This document shows positions 47,844 through 61,701 of a stretch of 64,000 bases of DNA, one piece after another (position 1 is the first letter of the stretch; the number at the start of each line of letters is the position of its first letter). A program made the translations under genes and the position numbers. The notes beneath the pieces are model-generated. The model was given only the letters and a program-made list of their open reading frames with translations. It ran no database searches and was not told the DNA's origin. This DNA is from Selaginella moellendorffii (Eukaryota > Plantae > Lycopodiophyta), in contig NW_003314304.1 of NCBI RefSeq assembly GCF_000143415.4, positions 254,169-318,168 on the forward strand, read 5' to 3'.

Positions 47844-48293
47844 ATGTTGTGGGTCTTTTTAATAATTCTTTGAAATATCAATTATACTTGTCAAATATCT
47901 ATATCATCAAATGATAAAAATAATTTATATAATCTCAAAAATCAGACTACAGTTTATCATGATTTTCATATGAAATCATTCAATAAAACTAGAGATAATA
48001 AATTAGATGATTATGATTGGAAGCCTGATATGATTTCAGGTGTGAGAACATGTAATACATATGGAAATGCTATAGTATGGCGCTATAGCTATGATTTCAA
48101 AAGTAAAGATTTTGATCATACATTTTATCAAGAATGCCATTTTTATTTACATAACACTTATTTTATTGGTGTAACATTTAATGGCGAGGGATTATTTGAA
48201 ACAACAGGTTGGTATGGATGGCAAAATTGGGCTTTTACAGGACATTGGGAGAGAAGAAACACACAAACTGTGAAATTTCTTGCTGGATATTAA
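47844..48293 (+). pseudogene. YvgO-like small secreted protein, with a premature TGA in the signal peptide (open from 47874; ATG at 47970)
   Basis: The C-terminus FIGVTFNGEGLFETTGWYGWQNWAFTGHWERRNTQTVKF resembles the GxFxNxGDGGWxNWAFxGxFxR...VxF signature of Bacillus YvgO-like proteins. An in-frame upstream ATG at 47844 gives MLWVFLIIL*NINYTCQ. Confidence 0.55.
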
Positions 48294-48816
48294 AGAACAT
48301 TTAACTCTAAATAAAAAATATATAATACTTAACAATAAAAGTTCTTAAATGAATATTTGAATAATATTATAAATTATTTATGTAAAATACCATTTTTATT
48401 TAAAAATGAATATGAATAAAAGAAAATTTAACTTTTACACACATTACTATTTCTACATAATTCTCTGTGGCAGCAAAAAATGTATTAAAAGACTAAAACA
48501 CCCTTTTACCACTTCAAGAAGAAGCACTAGAAAAAGGTACCACTTCAGTACCACTAATTATCTTACAACAAGGCACCTTAGGGATTACAAATTTTCATAT
48601 TACACCTAAAGGCTTGTATCCTCTACTTTACTTAGAAGCATTAGTAGAGTGGCCAAATGCCATCATCCCCAAGGTAAACCCACCCTCAGCTCAAGCTTCC
48701 TTCCTGTGTTTGTTCCTGTAGTATGTACCTCTTTCTCTCCATGTATATATAGTATATAACACTCTTCAAATTTATACCAGCGTCATCTCTCCTAGTAATC
48801 CAATAATATTATACTT

Positions 48817-48859
48817 ATATTTATATGTATATGTATGTATGTATGTATATGTATGTATA

Positions 48860-48898
<39 letters not shown>

Positions 48899-48944
48899 GT
48901 ATATGTGTATGTATATATATATGTATGTATATATATATATATAT
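48817..48944. repeat. Compound (TATG)n/(TATATG)n/(TA)n microsatellite
   Basis: Directly visible. Confidence 0.95.
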
Positions 48945-51900
48945 GATTAAGAATTTTCTAAAAAATAAATTTCCTTCTTTATATAATTAGAGATTAAGTT
49001 TGCCTTTATTTTTTGATGATTTAACAATTACCAATTTATTTTTTATATTACTTAATCAGTACAAAATATCTTTACTTTTTCTTAAGGATTTGTGTTATGG
49101 TGCCATATAAGTTCATATGGTGATTAATATGGCTAAATTGTGTCAATAAGGGCTCTCCACTTTCCAATTTACTTAAGTGAAGACAGATAAAGTCCATTAC
49201 ATATATTAAGGAGAAAAATTCAACTTATTAGTAACAAAAATGTTTCTTTCACCAAACTCCAATTGGGCAGTAAAACAGCCTAGAGTGAGTTACAGCTCAA
49301 AGTTTTAGCTAGGAAAAGATATTAATAAGAAAACCTAATTATGAGCATCTACTTTGGTATATGGTATATTACTATGCCCTAATATCATAAAAACCTTAGC
49401 TTGAGAGATTTATCTAAACTCATGACATCAATTTTAAATTTGATTTTTGTGTGGCCAACACCCTGATAACATGGATGCTTGGAAGTATAGGGCATAAGAA
49501 GGCTCCATGCCAACAGTTTGAGAACAGAAATTTCTCTAAATTAAATGCTACTTCTCTTGTTTCTCTCCTCTTGGCATTGCTATGGATTCACAATCTAGTG
49601 ATTTTTTTAATAGTGTAAAGTTTAACCAGATATACTACTCATTATTTTTACTAATCTTGCACTGCAACTTTGCATCTTTTTATTCTTCATTAGTTCAGCA
49701 AGCCTGTCGTAAGTTTTCTGGCCCTTTCTTGTGTTAAAGGCTTTTTAGGCAGCAACTTTGGAGAGCTTATGAACTAGCTTGATTTAATCAGACAAGCTGG
49801 CCAAGCCATGAGCAATAATTCAGGTTTTGTGAAATAGAGATATTGAATGCTTTATGATGCCTTGGCTTTGCAATTAATACAATAAGTTCTTGAACTAGAC
49901 TACAAATATTAGTCCCTTAAACTTCCTTTTGATGTATAGGAGCATCTTACAAAATTGTTAATATTATTATTGTAAAACTGTTTTTTTAGTGTATATAAGA
50001 CTAGTAATAAATCAGTAAATCAATCAAGCTACGGTGCTCAATAATTATTCTATTTGTATATGACTTCAATAGATATAAACAAACACTAGTGCTAAATGCA
50101 AGGGCAGTCAAAATTGCTTCACTAATAATAGATGACTTCAAAATCCAGTAGCAAAAGATCATCAAGCCCTTGAACCCACTATCACATCCAGTGATGAAAA
50201 TGTAGCTGATCTTAGTTCTTACTTGACTTTCAAGACAAATGCAAACTTGACTTAGCCATTTTCCCAAGAGTTTTCCCTCAATGGTGACCATCATTCGTCA
50301 CACCTCTATATCTATACGATACAACCTTTTTGTCAACGAAACCGTGTCTTTCATACAGTGCCTTTGTCGGTCTACAACCCAAAAGAGTAGATTAATATTA
50401 TTTGATCAAATAGTAGATCAATCACTCTGAATGATTGTTTCGTGTATAACGAGTTGACTTCACTCTATGTATCGAAATCGCTGCCTGCATGTATACGTTG
50501 AGGCTACCGCCATACGCCATGTAGGTGCTGAAAGCAAGACTAGGACATAAAGCATTCGAACAGACAGCCTGATTGTCGTTGAATCCTGATATCAAGATTA
50601 AAGATGGATCTTCAAATGATCCGTAGATCTTTTGCTTTAAAATTGCTCTTCTCTCTCCATCAGACTATAGCCAGGCTATGGAGTTGCAAGAGACGCATAA
50701 AAACCATATAAAAAAGCATACATATTGAGGCAGATGTTGCGTCCTGCGTGCATGGACAAAAGACCATAGAGAAGTACTTTTGCGTTCCAATTCAAATACC
50801 GCAAATGTTGAAATCAAAACTTGACTGGTTCCGTCTTGACGAACACTCCATTGATTCGGTGCAAGCGCGTGGACCTGACCCAAAGGCTTGATCAACTGTG
50901 AGGATCTCACAATCACCGAGGACTTTGCGAGCAACATGGATGAACTTTTTTGTCTAATATGCCGTATGTGTAGTCGCCGTACGGGGACTAAGTTTCTTAT
51001 GAAGAAACCGTAACATAGGTAATAAGGAGATTGACATAGAGCTAGAGGTTGCAGGCAGCTCATTGTTGAATCAATCAGGATCAAGCAATCCAATCAATCA
51101 ACATTTCAGCAGGTTGCAGCATAGCACCACCACCCAAGGCGCAACCAGTTTTGCAGAAAAAACTCTATATTCCAGCAACTTACAAGCCAAAAGACAGGCA
51201 TTGAATGCACAACCTCTAAAAGAAGTCCCTAGCCTTTAAATTCAATGCTCCCGGGAATATCCCCCACACGTTACGTAGGGCATATTCGTGACTTGAAGAG
51301 CCCTAAAAAATAAGTTTAAACAGAGCACGGGAAGTCGCGGGAAGCGGAAATTGATGACAAAAACCACCCATAACGCGAAGGATTGATTGATCACATCCCC
51401 TGGCTGCAGCGTTGCATTGTCGTTTCGATCGATCGATTGAATTGAATTGATTGTGAGGAGATGAAACGAAATGGAAATGAATTTCATCCGGCTGGCGAGC
51501 GCGAGACTGGCGATCGACACGTCGGGTCGGGTGTTAGTTTTTTTCTTTCTTTCTTGTCTCGGTCTTGATTAAGATGTTCATGGAAGCATGAAGAGAATCA
51601 ACTCTGTGCTTGATCAGCACGCTAATCGGCAAGAACAAGTCACAGATTCTCCAAAGTTTTCGACAATCCGCAAACAAATAAAATACGGACAAAAGAAATG
51701 TACGTGAATGTATTGTATGGTGTCAAAGACTTGCTATGTACAGCCTACGTTGTTGTAGTTCTTCTGGCAATCAATCAACATCATCTGCGCTCTTGTCGCA
51801 AATTCGAAGTTTTCCTTCGCTTGATGCCTTGCTTGCGACTGTGAGCCGAATGATCCATCCACGAAGAAGCGAATCGAAACGATATCAGTCTCATATCATA

Positions 51901-52605
51901 AGATCGCGTGCTGGGCGGAGAGGAGAAATCACAGCCCAGAAGAACAGAGAAGAGGAGAGCCGAGAGAGCTGAGAGAAGAGATCACGATCATGATGAGAGG
52001 AATCAGAGATAAGGGATGGAAATTTTTCCCTCGCTCTCTCTCTTTCTCTCGATTAAATGCCTGTGCTGCTGTTGCAGCTGCCGTTCTCACGTCGCGATCA
52101 ATCAACGAATGTGATATCAGAGATGGCTCCCCTTCGATTTCTTTCTTTCTTTCTTTCTTTTTTTTTTCTTTTTTGGCTCCTCTGGAGAGCACAAGAAGCT
52201 CAAAAACCCTGCCCTGCCCTGTTCCTGCCGCTCAGATTGTGTGTGGCTGCCTCTTCCCAAAACAGCTCCCTTTCTCACTTTGACCGATGTCTTCTTTCAA
52301 ATTTGCGAAGCTCTGGATCAATCCCAGCCTTGATTGGCTGATTTGATTGACACTGGGATGGAGTGAATGATTCGATTGAGCCCCATTATCCTCAATTCCA
52401 GGCCGCCTTGAAGATCTCTCCAGAAAATTCCCCTGTTCTTCCACTACTCCCTCTCAGAAACCACCAAACCAAGAAACAAAAAAAGCGAAAATGGATGAAT
52501 CAATCCCCTCCCAGCCTCGATCTGGACAATTCGCCTCACTCTATTCCCACATTCCTAGCCTTTCCCCAAGGATCAAGCAAAAAATCTGTGACTCTATCGC
52601 GCTTT

Positions 52606-52938
52606 TCATCTATTGTGGAGAGGATTTGGACCTGTGGGAACGAGCCTCTTGTTGGACGTGAAGGAGCTGTCCGAGGGAGGGCTACACTCCGCGCCTATGC
52701 TGCCCTGATCGCAATCCTCAGCTGGATGATTCGAATCGGGGCTCTGTGCCGGCGGCAGCGCCACTTCCAAGAGATCCATCCGATTTTGGTGGTGGTGGCT
52801 CTGGAGGAGATTGGAAGAAGATGGCAACAATCTTGGAGCTTCTCGCGCGTGGCTGCTGTGACTCGAGAGGAGAAGAACGAATAGAGTGACGAGGAGGAGG
52901 AGGAAGCTCCTCCTCCAGTGGAGCAGGACGAGGATCAT
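52606..52938 (-). CDS. CLE: CLAVATA3/ESR-related (CLE) peptide precursor
   Basis: Hydrophobic signal peptide, variable region and C-terminal 12-aa CLE motif RLVPTGPNPLHN; single exon. Confidence 0.95.
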   Translation of the reverse strand: MILVLLHWRRSFLLLLVTLFVLLLSSHSSHAREAPRLLPSSSNLLQSHHHQNRMDLLEVALPPAQSPDSNHPAEDCDQGSIGAECSPPSDSSFTSNKRLVPTGPNPLHNR

Positions 52939-55089
52939 ACTGTTGTCGTTAATGGTCTTTTTTGTTGCGTTGCGGCGAGGGGATGCGATGCGATGCTCTG
53001 CTCCACGGCTGATCTGGGCTGTCGGCTGGCTGCTGAGATTTCCAAATCCAGATCTGTCGGCTGGGGCGATTCGCCCTCCGGCGACGTGGGCGCTGCTCGA
53101 TTTGGAGAATTGGGGTGGAAATTCTCGAGCTCTGCGTCGAAAGAAGGTAGCCTAGAGATCTCGAGAGCCGCAATTGCAAAGAGAGAAAAGAAGAGGAAAG
53201 TATAGAGAATGGCTCCTAGGAGGAGGAGGAGGAGGAGGAGAGGAGAGCTCTATCTCTCTCTCTCTCTCTCTCGCTCTCTATCTCTCTCTTTCTCTCTCTC
53301 GACAAGAGAGAGATTGCTTACAAGCTCACCAAAGCAGCCATCGCTGTTGTGGGTGCGCAGTGGACCAAAGGATGCAATGCAAGTAAGCAAGAGCAGCACA
53401 CGCAGCTAGCGCTGAGCATCACATCCAAAAGAGAAAACGCACTCCTGCCGCGACTGCTGCTACTGCTACTGCTGCTGCTGCTGTTTCCTCTGCCACTGCT
53501 GTTCCTCGGCGAGACCATGACCACCATTCCCAGAGATTATAAACAAAACAAGCCCACGCCCGCAGCTTCCACCCCTCCCCTCCCTCTCGACTTTTCCTTT
53601 TCAAAGTCAGACCGAAGGAGATCGATCGATCGAGCCGGATATGTACAAAAGCGCGAGAGGGAAAGAAGATTTGCTGGATGGACGACTCCAAGTTATATAT
53701 CCCTGGACAAAACACGAATCGCTCGCTCGCTTTTGATTCCTGCGCTGGCTCGTTTTGTCTCCCTGCTGAAAATCTCTCCCCCCCTTTTCTTCCCTGGCTT
53801 TTCCTTGCAGAGCACTTCTCCCTCTCGCTACAAAGGTTTATATTTTAAAAACCCGTGATTATCAGCCACGAAAACCGCGATTCCGTACGAGCGCCCGCGT
53901 AGAGATTAAAAAGTATTGCCTTGTATGATCGTGGGTGGTTGACGGAACCCGTCTAGCAAACCGCAAACACTAAGCACGACCTCCATAAATGCAAAGACTT
54001 CCAAATACACGAATCGGTAAGAATTTCTCACGCTTACTCCATTTTAACATAATCTAACCAGACTTTTCTTCCACGACACTTACAACTGTTTCCACGATGG
54101 ATATTCTTTGCGAGTAACTCAAGCCCGTGAGTAAACAATGCCAAGTTAGAAATACCACCCCATACCTGTGATTCTCTGTGAACATATAGTAATTAGCAGT
54201 CGTATGTATCTCATAGACGTACACGGGGCTAGAATAGAACCCTAATAATAATGCCTTAATGATCCACAGGAGAGCACAACAACAGTGACACCCACGCCGT
54301 AAGAGAATGTGCCAAAGTAAAAGTACATATCAGTTTACTTCACCCCCCTGGCATGGTCCCGTGAAAGCTCATAGAAAGTCGAACCTCCTAGAGTTTCTAG
54401 CCTGAAATCCTGTGAGGAAAATTCAGGAGAAATGGTTAAAAAAATGGCAATGAAAAATGGCTAGAGATACGAACCTGTACGTGAAATCTTCACGTAAATC
54501 ACCCTTGAGTCGTCAAAGCCTGAGCAAAGCAATAAGAATAAGTGAGATGAGATGAGACGAGGCGAGAGCGAGCGAAAGACTCGCGATCGCTCGCTCGCCC
54601 GCTCGAAAAAGAGTTAGAAAACGAGTAAAAAACGAGTAAAATTTCGTCTGGAAAGATGCTGGTCTGGACGGCTGCAGCCTCTAGCCGGCATTAGGCAGCT
54701 GAGAGGGGTGATTGTTCTAAAAGGGAGCCTGATAGTTTAGAGCGGAGTACCTCATAGACGTATATGTTAATAATGGGACTGGCTCACTGGAGTGGACTGG
54801 AGCGCGTTAATAAGCTGGAGAGCCCCTGGAATGCGCAGAATTTAGGGGACACAAGTTGCTGCCATGTTTGTAGCCTCTCTAGAAACTAGGGACACCCTCG
54901 CAAAAGATACTACTATATGCTACACTCACCTCGCCTCACTCACAAAGGAAAAAGCTTAAAAAAAAGAGGGACGTTCACGTACCTCGCAGATGAGCAAGCA
55001 CGTTGCACGTTGCCAAGAGTACGCCTCAAGTTATCGCGTGTGTGTGATGTTCTTTGCTTCGTTGTAGCGGTAGCGAAAAAGAGAGCTTT

Positions 55090-57500
55090 TTATGGCTGGC
55101 CCAGTTCTGCTTCCACCAGTTCCAAGCACCGGGATCTTGTCATCTGTAATGCGTCGACGTGAAGGGCGATCTCTGGATCATCCGGAGGGATTGCAGAGAT
55201 GGCTGCACGCAATGGCTCCAGCCACTGAGACTTAGCCTTTACGAGCTCCGCTCTCGAGAGTATCCCCGTATAGTTTGTTCCTCCTGTTCCAAGGTCGAAA
55301 CGAGTTAAAACTTTTGACATGATGGTTCTTCCGAGAGCTCTAGTCTAGTGCTCTACCTGATTTCTCTCTCAGCAATAGGAAGCGGTACAAGTTCAGGGCA
55401 CCAACAACCTGCAGTATTAATTATTGTACATTAGTCAACAATCTGGATTCACGGGCCAGCTTACCGCATCCAAGTTCTGCGGCAAGTTTGGCGGGGCACC
55501 CTCCTTGGGACGGAGAACTATTTCCACGAGTTCTAGAACTCTCTCGCTTACGAATGGATTGAGCTCACGACCTTCAGATCGCCACGCACTGTCTACCTCA
55601 TCCTTCGCAAAAGTCAGCAGCAGCGAAACCTGGAAGAGCGACGCGGGAGGCAATCAGAAAATCAAAAGAACAAAACAGTTGTTTTACCACTGCGGAATGA
55701 CATCCATCGCCGACAAGAGAAACCAAGCACAGGAACCTAGCATCAGCACTTGTCCTCCTCAAAACCTGCACATTGACCATTTTAAGCATAAAAATACAAA
55801 AAGAGAGGCTTGCAAACAACTCACCTTCAGCAAAACGTCATAGGCTGAGTTTCTCAACGATGGGTAAGGAGAACGAATCACCACGTCGTGAAGAATCTGA
55901 AACAACAATCATAGAATCATCAACTTGGATTAAACAAGTGAACCTTCAAAAGAGAGCATATCTTCGTGGCTGTTGTCACATGATCGTCCTCCGTGAAGCA
56001 TGCGTCCCCCTTGACAGCCAGTACCGACTGTATAAGTTTCAGGCCTTTCTCTGCAAGTTTCCATGAACCATTTCTCTCGAGCACAAAACCGAACAGCCAT
56101 GTTGATACATCCAAAGCTTCCAGTGGGGTACAGAGCGGCTCAGTTTTGTCCTTTAATAAAAGTGACGCTGCACCTCTACTTGTTAGTTAAAACATACGCA
56201 AGCACGCACAAAGAATAAGCTAAAAAATAGATACAGACCTGCCAGTGCCGCCCCACAATCTGCTTCTGAATCGTATAAAAGATGAGCGTCTGCGTCAAGG
56301 AAAGATTCAAGTTACTATTATAGACATAATTGTTTTTCCTTTTATTACCTTCCTTGTGTTGCACAGCCGTGTATGATGAAATCACGCTTCTATCCAGCAA
56401 CTTAGACACCGTAAGGCCGCAGGACTTCAAGATTTCAAGAAGCTGCGAGACTGAGTTTGAAGTGTCTGAAGTGTCAGCTGACACTACGGCCGTCTGAATG
56501 AGATGAAAAGTTAGAAAGAGCGAAAAGGAGCCTTGGACAAAAGTACCATAAGAACAAGCGCGAAGTAAGAAAGAATTCCGCGAAGCATTTCCTTCTGATT
56601 GTCTGCCTATGCATGAAAAGAAACACGTTAAGACGTTAAAGAGAATAAGTGTACACCACCTTTTCGACAGCAAACATTTCTTGCAAAACTTGGCATAGCT
56701 GCAGAAGCTTGTGAAGAATCTGGAGCCGCAGAACTTCATCGTCGTCAAGATACTGAGAGACAACAGCAACAGGTAAAAGAACATCGACAGTTTCCTTGGC
56801 AAACTCTGCTCGGCGCCTCTGAATCCGTGGAAGAACTAAAAGAAAACATTTAGCGAAATCTCTAAGAAATAAGTCGCAGCGTACCAGACGATAATCCCTC
56901 CAACAGGAGAAGGCAAAGGTCTAAAGCCTCAAGCTTGATGGAGATATGAAGAGCCTACAAGGTTACGTATGAAGATGCTGGATTCACAACAAAAAGGTAG
57001 ATTACCTCCAGGAGAGTAGCGAGAATTTCTCGGGGAGAGCACGACTCCGCCAAGAGCACAATGAGATCCAGAGAAACCTCTCGACAAGCCTCTGAAACTC
57101 TAGCATAATTCACGATCGCACCAGGCAAATCCCATCCCACAGCCTCGAGAAGCATCTAACGCAAACGAGAAAAGTGACGAGTCCAAAATGATAGAAACGA
57201 TCAATCACTTACTCGACCCTTCTCCGTGCTAGGATCGAGCATCGCCTTGACATCAAGCAACAGCCGCTGACACACGCCTTCCCACTCACCAGTGGACTCC
57301 TGCGCACCATCCAAAACCGCGGACTCAAGAACACGCTTGAAATCCCCGATCGCATCGCCTTCGCACTGCGACAATCGAGGAAAAGAAAAAGCAAAAAATC
57401 CAGTGATTTCAGCGCTACTCCATCGCCATCGCCGACAGCGACTCGTTCTTACCTGACAGCACCGATCGCCGGCCTCCCGGAGCCGCTCCACCAAAGCCAT
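55090..57500 (-). CDS. ALF4: Aberrant root formation protein 4 (glomulin homolog), multi-exon
   Basis: Exons encode LEAVGWDLP...CSPREILATLLE, LVEIVLRPKEGAPPNLPQNLDAV and GGTNYTGILSRAELVKAKSQWLEPLR...RCLELVE, characteristic of plant ALF4. Short GT-AG introns. Confidence 0.88.
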
Positions 57501-57643
57501 GGTTGCCGAAAACCCTATCCCTGGCCAAGCGTTTTAAACATCAAACCTGGGCGCGTTTCTCATTCCCTCCAGTATATAAAGGCCTCCCTTTATAGATTTC
57601 CCCATAGCCTCTAGAACTAGAACTAGAAAGAGCGCTTGGATCG
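57501..57643. promoter_or_regulatory. Compact divergent promoter between ALF4 and the dirigent gene
   Basis: 143 bp between start codons, with TATATAAA at 57573-57580 and telo-box-like AAACCCTA near 57510. Confidence 0.6.
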
Positions 57644-58183
57644 ATGGAACTCTCCCACATTGTCTTCTTTCTTTCCTTCTTCTTCGTGGGATCACTCCTC
57701 GCAGTGGAAATCACTGCTCGCGAGGAATCTCTCGTTCACTTGCCAGATAACTTCAACAGGGATCGAACGATCGAGTTCTACCAGCACATCATCCGCGCAA
57801 ATGGATCAACCTCCACTCTCAGCGAGACTCCCATCGGTGGCGGCACTCCGGGACGATTTGGCTACGCGGTCGTGTTTGATCACAAGTTGACGCAAGGGAG
57901 TGACTACTTCTCCCAGGAAGTTGGGAGGGTCCGTGGAGCCGCCGTGGTTTCTTCGCTGGATGGATCCCAAGCTCACGAAACTTTCACGGTGAGCTTGGCC
58001 GGGAGGAATGGTGCTTTGAGCTGCGCTGGAAGTTTTGAGCTTCGTCAACCCGTGACAAGAGTTCCAATTGTGGGTGGAACTGGAGAGTTTTACCGTATGG
58101 AGGGAGTTTATACGTCTCAAGTTGTTCATACCAGCGGAGCCAATGTTATTGCTCGTGTCCAGCTGACAATCCGTCGCGACTAA
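57644..58183 (+). CDS. DIR: Dirigent protein
   Basis: Signal peptide; FYQH, FGYAVVFDHKLT, VGRVRG, PIVGGTGEF motifs; intronless. Confidence 0.93.
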   Translation: MELSHIVFFLSFFFVGSLLAVEITAREESLVHLPDNFNRDRTIEFYQHIIRANGSTSTLSETPIGGGTPGRFGYAVVFDHKLTQGSDYFSQEVGRVRGAAVVSSLDGSQAHETFTVSLAGRNGALSCAGSFELRQPVTRVPIVGGTGEFYRMEGVYTSQVVHTSGANVIARVQLTIRRD

Positions 58184-58235
58184 GAAATAAAATTGATCTT
58201 CGAGCTTGGCATTCGCGTTTGCTTGATTGGTTTTT

Positions 58236-59016
58236 TTATGAAGTTCTTCGTGCCAGCCCAGGAAACCTTTCAAACAACCACGTAACAGCCCCTATTGCTT
58301 TCTGCGAGATCACGCTGATTGGTATACCATACTTCTGAGATATCATTCTTTACCAGAGCGACACTGTTGATTTTAAACGCTGGCTCCACAATATCCCTCC
58401 CATAGCTGCAAGGTTCTTCCGAAATTCACACACTGCTGTGTCAACACGGTGATATCACTTACACAATCTTGTAATCTCCAGAGACATCTTCACAGCGATA
58501 GAAGCTGCACCCCTTGCTAAACGGGAAAACATTCCCTCTCCAATCTGTTTAGAACAGCAAAACGTTCATACTTTCCTACATGCATCCCAAGATGAAATGG
58601 TTTGTATAGTCACCCAAATGCCAAGTTACTCCAACGCTCAGGTTGCCATCACTGATCTCGTCTATCACAAAACTCACCTCGGGACCAACGGAACTGGTAA
58701 ATGTCTCGAACAATTCGATGATAGCCTGCTTGCTCACATTGAAAAGACAATTCATCAGACCATTTGGAAGGAAAAGTTCCAGGCAGAGCACCTTTCTACC
58801 AACGAATGGCTTGGAGAACACAAGATCTTCGTAGACACAGTCGCTAGCAATCAAATCACCGGCGATTTCTAGCTGCCTGTGATTGATCGCGCTGTAAAAC
58901 TGTCTAACAGTGTCTTTGGCAGCGCCCAGCCGCCCGCAATGTAGAGAGCTCCTGCTATACCGTATCGATCTGGGAATGCAGCTGGACAGAGGAGCAATTG
59001 CCACGCCCCAATCCAT
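58236..59016 (-). CDS. NTF2/SnoaL-like domain protein, probably plastid-targeted, multi-exon
   Basis: VRQFYSAIN...LIASDCVYEDLVFSKPFVGRK, FVIDEISDG..SVGVTWHL, FPFSKGCSFY, YGRDIVEP; stop at 58236-58238. Confidence 0.88.
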
Positions 59017-61701
59017 GGATCCTCTTTTTTGCGACTTATCCTTAAAGATTTATATAAACGTTGCTCAGAGCATGGTTAATAAACTATTTACAGTCATAAT
59101 CTACTTTATATCAACTGCACTTAGAAGTGTTCTATTTACTAATTGATATTGGTTTTCCACATGACATTGCCAATTTTTTATTATTATTAAATTGCCATTA
59201 ATTCTTGCAAATCTATATATATATATATAAAAGACCACCACAATTCTATATAAAGTTTACATTTATATAGAAAAGCAAGCTTAATATTAAAAATAAAACT
59301 TATAAGTTTTACATTCTTTACTTATTGGAAAACCACAATAAGAAACAATGAATTCTAATCAGCTTTTGTTAGTTTTTATTTTTTTGTTAAAATGAACTTA
59401 AATTGAAATTAATGCCTTTCCAATTTTATAGATGATTTGCCAAAGTGAATTTAGGTATGTGAAATTTTATAATTATTTAGTATATAATTTTTTTTTTTGT
59501 TTAACACTTAGTGTGCAATAATGTATACTAGATTTGTTTCTTTATTGTTAAAATAATAAAATGAAAACTTATTAGACACAATAAAAATAATTTATTTCTA
59601 TAATAATTTACTTCAATTGCATAAAACATCCTTAACATGGGGAGAAACACATGAATCCATTCATCTCATTCAAGTGCTTCAAAATCTTTTGTGTTTAAAA
59701 ATTGTTATTTAAATCTATAATTTATAAAAAAAAAACTAAAGATTATCCTCAAACCTGTCAAAGAGTGTTGAATCAAGCATTCCATCCCCCAGTAATTTTC
59801 TAAAACTCACGTAATGAGATAATGAAGAAACTGCAATGCTAAAAAGCTAACACATTTGACTAAATAACTAGGCAAATTGTGATTTTACTTCACATATTCA
59901 TGATAATTTGTTTCTTTTTACATCCTTTTAATGAAATTATCATTGTTAATTATTTTTTGGATTGTTCAGAAAGAAGAAGGAAATACCAAATTTTTTATGA
60001 TCATTTCTTTATTACCTTGATAATATTAAAATATTAGCTATAGTGAAATAGTAATATTAAAATCAAGTTAAAGTAGTGATTTTGAAGTTACTATAAACTA
60101 AGTATATATATTCCAATCATTAATTATTAAATTTTATTTTTAGATCATTTAATAGATGATATGAAAACTTACCAAAAATATTTAATATATAAACATTCAA
60201 GTATTATGTATTTGGGATTGGTTATACAAATTAAAATCTAAACTATTTAAATTTATTATATAATATCTTTATATTATATTATGATATACCCTTCTAGTTA
60301 TTCTATCACTCATGTATTTTTTTTAGTAAAACTCAAATTTAAATAAAGATCATATATATCATTTTCAATAAATTTAGCAATAGAAAATAGCTTTTTCTTT
60401 TAAAAATATATTTTAAATCACTAATTGTTTATAAATTTAGAACTTTATTTCATTTACTTGTACTTAATGAAATTAAAATAATTTTTAAAAATTATATAAG
60501 AACATCATCTTACTTAGGGAGGATGAGTATTCAATTTAATGAGAGCAGCTTGGACATAATGTTTTTATAACTTAATATTATAACAAATTTATATTTTATT
60601 ATAATAATTATTATGTGATTGCACATGCTTGCATTATATATTTACACATGTGTGAAAGTTTTTTGTAGTTGTATACAAAAATTTAATGAGATACCGGAGT
60701 ATCAAAACTTTAATAAGATATTAGTCTAATTATTAAATTTTTTGACATATAAACTTTCAAAATTAAATCAAATTGATGATTTTGAAACAGCAACAAAGTC
60801 ATTTGAATAAGAAACTCCTTGATGAGAGCATTGCCTTCCCCAATAGCTACACAATGGACAATTCTAGTGGCATCAACTGGCTCAGTTCTCTTTCAGCTGC
60901 TTTGAATACTAATCGATATGTTATCACAAGTTAACTGCGTTTTAGACAATTACCCAGTTTTACTGCCGGCAGGGGTTCTTCTTGAGCAGAAAATAAAGAT
61001 CACGCTGGCAAGATTTAGATATTCCAACTTTCTGGATGATGCCTGGAGTAGAATTTACGCATGGAAAAAGAGGAAAAGAACAAATGCAATATGCGGCATG
61101 GTTGGAGTCTCTCGCATTTCACGAAAACGACATCCCGCAAACCTTGACACACATTTTTAAGAGCGTCTCCCACTACCAAAGTGGAGAAGGGAATTTTTCC
61201 TAGACACCTCTAAACCATGCAGCACAAGAAGAGCCAAGAGAATCCACGTCTGTATAAACTCGTATTCATTCTATTCTTTTGACGTTTTAGATCTTGTTTA
61301 CAAGTTTAGAACGACCACCTTTCCGGTGCCTCAATTCCACCACCTTTCATTGTTCCTATTCCTTTTGTGCGTGTGTTGTAAAGCTGCAAGGAAAAGTCGA
61401 TGCAAGGACGAACGATTTCTCTCTAGCTTTGTTTCTTGCTTTTGTTCTTGAAGGGACCGCTTTGCCTAGCTAGGATCTCTAATGGAACCAAGAACAAAAA
61501 GAAATGTGAGAGAAAGAGAGAAGGAAATAAAAAAGTTTAGCATATAGTAATAGACCTATGGTGAAAGCACCACCAAATCTTGCGTGATTTTAATCAACCG
61601 ATAAATATTTCTACCCCCCAAACAGTGAAACACTTGTGCCTTCCAAGCCACTCGCCAAAAAAGAAACAAGCAAAAAGGGAGAAAACAGAGGAATTTCGAG
61701 A

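Noticed and set aside
49200-50300. Possible decayed minus-strand gene
   Set aside because: Coding-like stretches with many stops but no recognisable family.
51700-53860. Several ORFs around the CLE gene
   Set aside because: They are antisense to CLE or translate GA/CT and CTG microsatellites in its UTR and promoter regions.
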